A stretch of 64,000 nt of DNA, from NCBI RefSeq assembly GCF_036321535.1, contig NC_087436.1, positions 116,004,001 through 116,068,000 on the forward strand, written 5' to 3'. Both the position numbers and the translations under genes were made by a program. Source of the DNA: Camelus dromedarius (taxonomy: Eukaryota). Below the pieces are notes generated by a model that was given only the letters and a program-made list of their open reading frames with translations, ran no database searches and was not told where the DNA came from. Shown here piece by piece: positions 61,611 through 64,000 of the stretch (the stretch's first letter is position 1; the number at the start of each line of letters is the position of its first letter).

Positions 61611-63069
61611 TCCTGAAATCATCTCGTGTCACGTCAGCTAACAGAACCATCTTCCCACTGAGACCAGGTCTTGCAACATTTTCTCAGAACAAAAGTAGGC
61701 TTTATACCTGAAGCAGAATCTGTATGAGACAGATGGCAAAAGGCATGGGGCTCTCTCCGGATGCTAAGAACTTTGCTAACTGATGTGGCAGTTATAAGAT
61801 AGTGAACATAACCCCCTGTCTCAGGAGTTCACAGCCCTGCTGAGGTGCCATGCTTCCACCCCAGGCTAGCCCAGCCCCCGCACCTGGCCGGCCCCCGTGC
61901 AGTGGAGTTCCGGCCCTGGTCCCAAACGCCCTGGCCTTGAACCCGCTCTCACTCATGTCTCCTGCTTTGTTCTGTGTTAACCTGGCTTCTGATATTTTGC
62001 TTCAATCTTCATTTCTGGTCCCACGATTCTGCCAGTGGGTTTGGCAAGCCTGCTATGACCCTTGACAGTCTCCCTTGGGCCTGGTTTTGCTCTCGGTCTC
62101 CAGATCCACCTGCCCCTGGTTGGCCTGTGTAACCAGTTAGTGTGTTTAATCTTTTGATGCTTATCACCTGGCGAGGGAGAGCTGCCCCTCCAGCTCTACC
62201 CGACCAGAGAGCTTCAAACCCGTCCACTCACGAGCAGCCCCGGGGAGCGAGGCAGGCAGGAGGTGGGCAGGACCACAGAGCTCTGCGCTCACACTGACGC
62301 CAGTGAGCCGACCTCAAGGCTCCGTATGTGAGTATGTGTTCTCCAGCCAGTTATGAAGTGAGATTGTGGGCCAAGAACAAAACCATGAGAAGAAGCTTCT
62401 ACAAGGGGAAATGGTGGGTAAAAATCAAATAAAATCTAAGGGACTAGAAAAAGAAGAGGTAAGTAAATTGGCATACCGGGTTCACAGGTACGGTATCTAG
62501 TGTACACACCATATACACATGCGTGGCTTATGATGTGTGTGTACATATGAGTACATATACATATATATATGTGTGTGTGTAACGTGATAAAAACAACAAA
62601 TTAAACCCCCCAACAAAAAGCAAAGGCAGAAGAGAAACTAAGAGAGAAGGACTCAGCACAGAGCGTGGCAGAGTCCAACTTCTCGGACAGACTGTCTTGG
62701 TACCTCTGGACCACCTTTAAAGGGTCAAATGCACACCTCCAACTTGGAGGCAGTGTCTTCTTAAACAGCCCATCATGCATCCACCATTCTGTTATTACAG
62801 CCTTTTTTTAAACTCCATGGCAGTGGTTAGAAGGATGGAGAATCACTCTTACCCACAGGTCAATGGGCAGGTGAAAGCTGAAGGGTCACTTTGAAGTCCA
62901 CCCACAATGACATGGTAGAGAATTGAGTGCCCCATGTGAATTCAGGGGAATGGTATAGTAGTTTTGCCAGTAACTATTTCTCAGAAACCTTTTTTAACAA
63001 GTTTTTAAGGTTGTTAATTCCATCTCTTTGATCAGCATTCTGTTTCCTTGGGCAAGAATGCATGTCGCA

Positions 63070-63260
63070 CAGAACAGCGTGGTCAAGGAGATAATGTCCT
63101 GGGCTGAGAATCAGGAGCATGGAGTCTACTTTCTTCTTTCACCTCAGGTTCCCAGTGTGACCTTAGACAAATCCCTTAAGTTATCTGTGCTTCCTATACC
63201 TTCCTTTATAAAGCAGAGGAAACGTAGCCTATGTTATGAGCTGTGTGAGAAAAAGGGAGA
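63070..63260 (+). mobile_element. MIR SINE
   Basis: cagcgtggtcaagg...gtgtgaccttagacaaatcccttaagttatctgtgcttc. Confidence 0.65.
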
Positions 63261-63719
63261 TAAGGCCGTAAGGACTTCAGGTTTAGCAAGGAGAAAAATA
63301 CTGCAGGAAAAAAATTGCCATGCAGACACACAAAATGTAATTTATGGTTAAGCCTGAGAAAGCTGGGTGAAGTTCCCCTTCATCTTATACACAAAGGTAC
63401 AGACTGGAAGATGCTTGACCCAATTCAAGATTTCTTTCATTTCTATATTTAAGTATTAGCCAAAATGTGATTGAATTGTAGTTTTGCTCAGCCTTATTTA
63501 ATAACCCAGTTACAAAGACAGGAGAACTGAAATTGCTCCTTCCTTACTTGGGAGGTAAGAAATGTAGAGGTCAGATCGAAGCTTTAGATCTGAGTTTCCC
63601 TAAGCAGAATGGAAGATTTATTCACTGTTCCATCTTGCCATGTTCATTCTCTCAGTGTGCATTTGCTGCACACCCGTGATAGGACAAACAGGGCACAAGG
63701 GGCAGTACAGCATAGACTC

Positions 63720-63895
63720 TTAAAGTCCTCAAGGAGTGGTCCAAGGATGGGCAGCACCAGCCTCACCTGGGAGTCAGGTAAAAAGGCAGACTCTCAGGCC
63801 CCAACTCAGACCTGCTGAGTCAGAATGTGCATTTTTAACAAGATTCCAAGGTTTGTTGACTCTCAGCCTATATTCAAGCCAATGCTTAAATCACT
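63720..63895. mobile_element. MER5A-family hAT-Charlie element
   Basis: gcagcaccagcctcacctgggag...gcagactctcaggccccaactcagacctgctgagtcagaatgtgcatttttaacaagattcc. Confidence 0.8.
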
Positions 63896-64000
63896 TGGAG
63901 GCTTGGAGTCAAGAAATTTAAATTCAATTTATAATTTGGCCATTTTCTTGCCATATGATCTTGAGAAGGTAATCAACCTTATAAGCCTAAGTTTAATCAT

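Noticed and set aside
1..64000. Prokaryotic-style system (operon, CRISPR array, defence island) or tRNA/rRNA genes
   Set aside because: Sequence is mammalian repeat-rich DNA with no dense ORFs, no regularly spaced repeats and no recognisable structural RNA genes.

Overview
Mammalian nuclear DNA, most likely camelid. The L1 3' ends look cetartiodactyl/camelid, and I saw no Alu, B1, Bov-tA, PRE, CHR or CanSINE copies. The window looks intronic or intergenic: I recognise no protein-coding gene, tRNA, rRNA or CRISPR array, and the listed ORFs look like chance frames or LINE fossils. Much of it is fossil interspersed repeats (L1, L2, MIR, MLT1/MLT2/LTR16/ERV1 LTRs, hAT and Tigger MERs) plus microsatellites. 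Repeat names come from remembered consensus motifs, so subfamily calls and boundaries are approximate. The main unexplained structure is an inverted repeat that matches no repeat family I recognise. Its core arms are 7956-8093 and 8826-8962 (8 substitutions + 1 indel), extending more weakly to ~7924/~9016. The loop holds a CpG-rich hairpin, an Arg-rich reading frame and a candidate 46-nt exon. Other items: two twin-primed (5'-inverted) L1 insertions, AT->GC-shifted patches suggesting GC-biased gene conversion, a SOX/TCF motif cluster, and several candidate exons of a possible unannotated transcript. A genuinely new biological system cannot be established from sequence alone.
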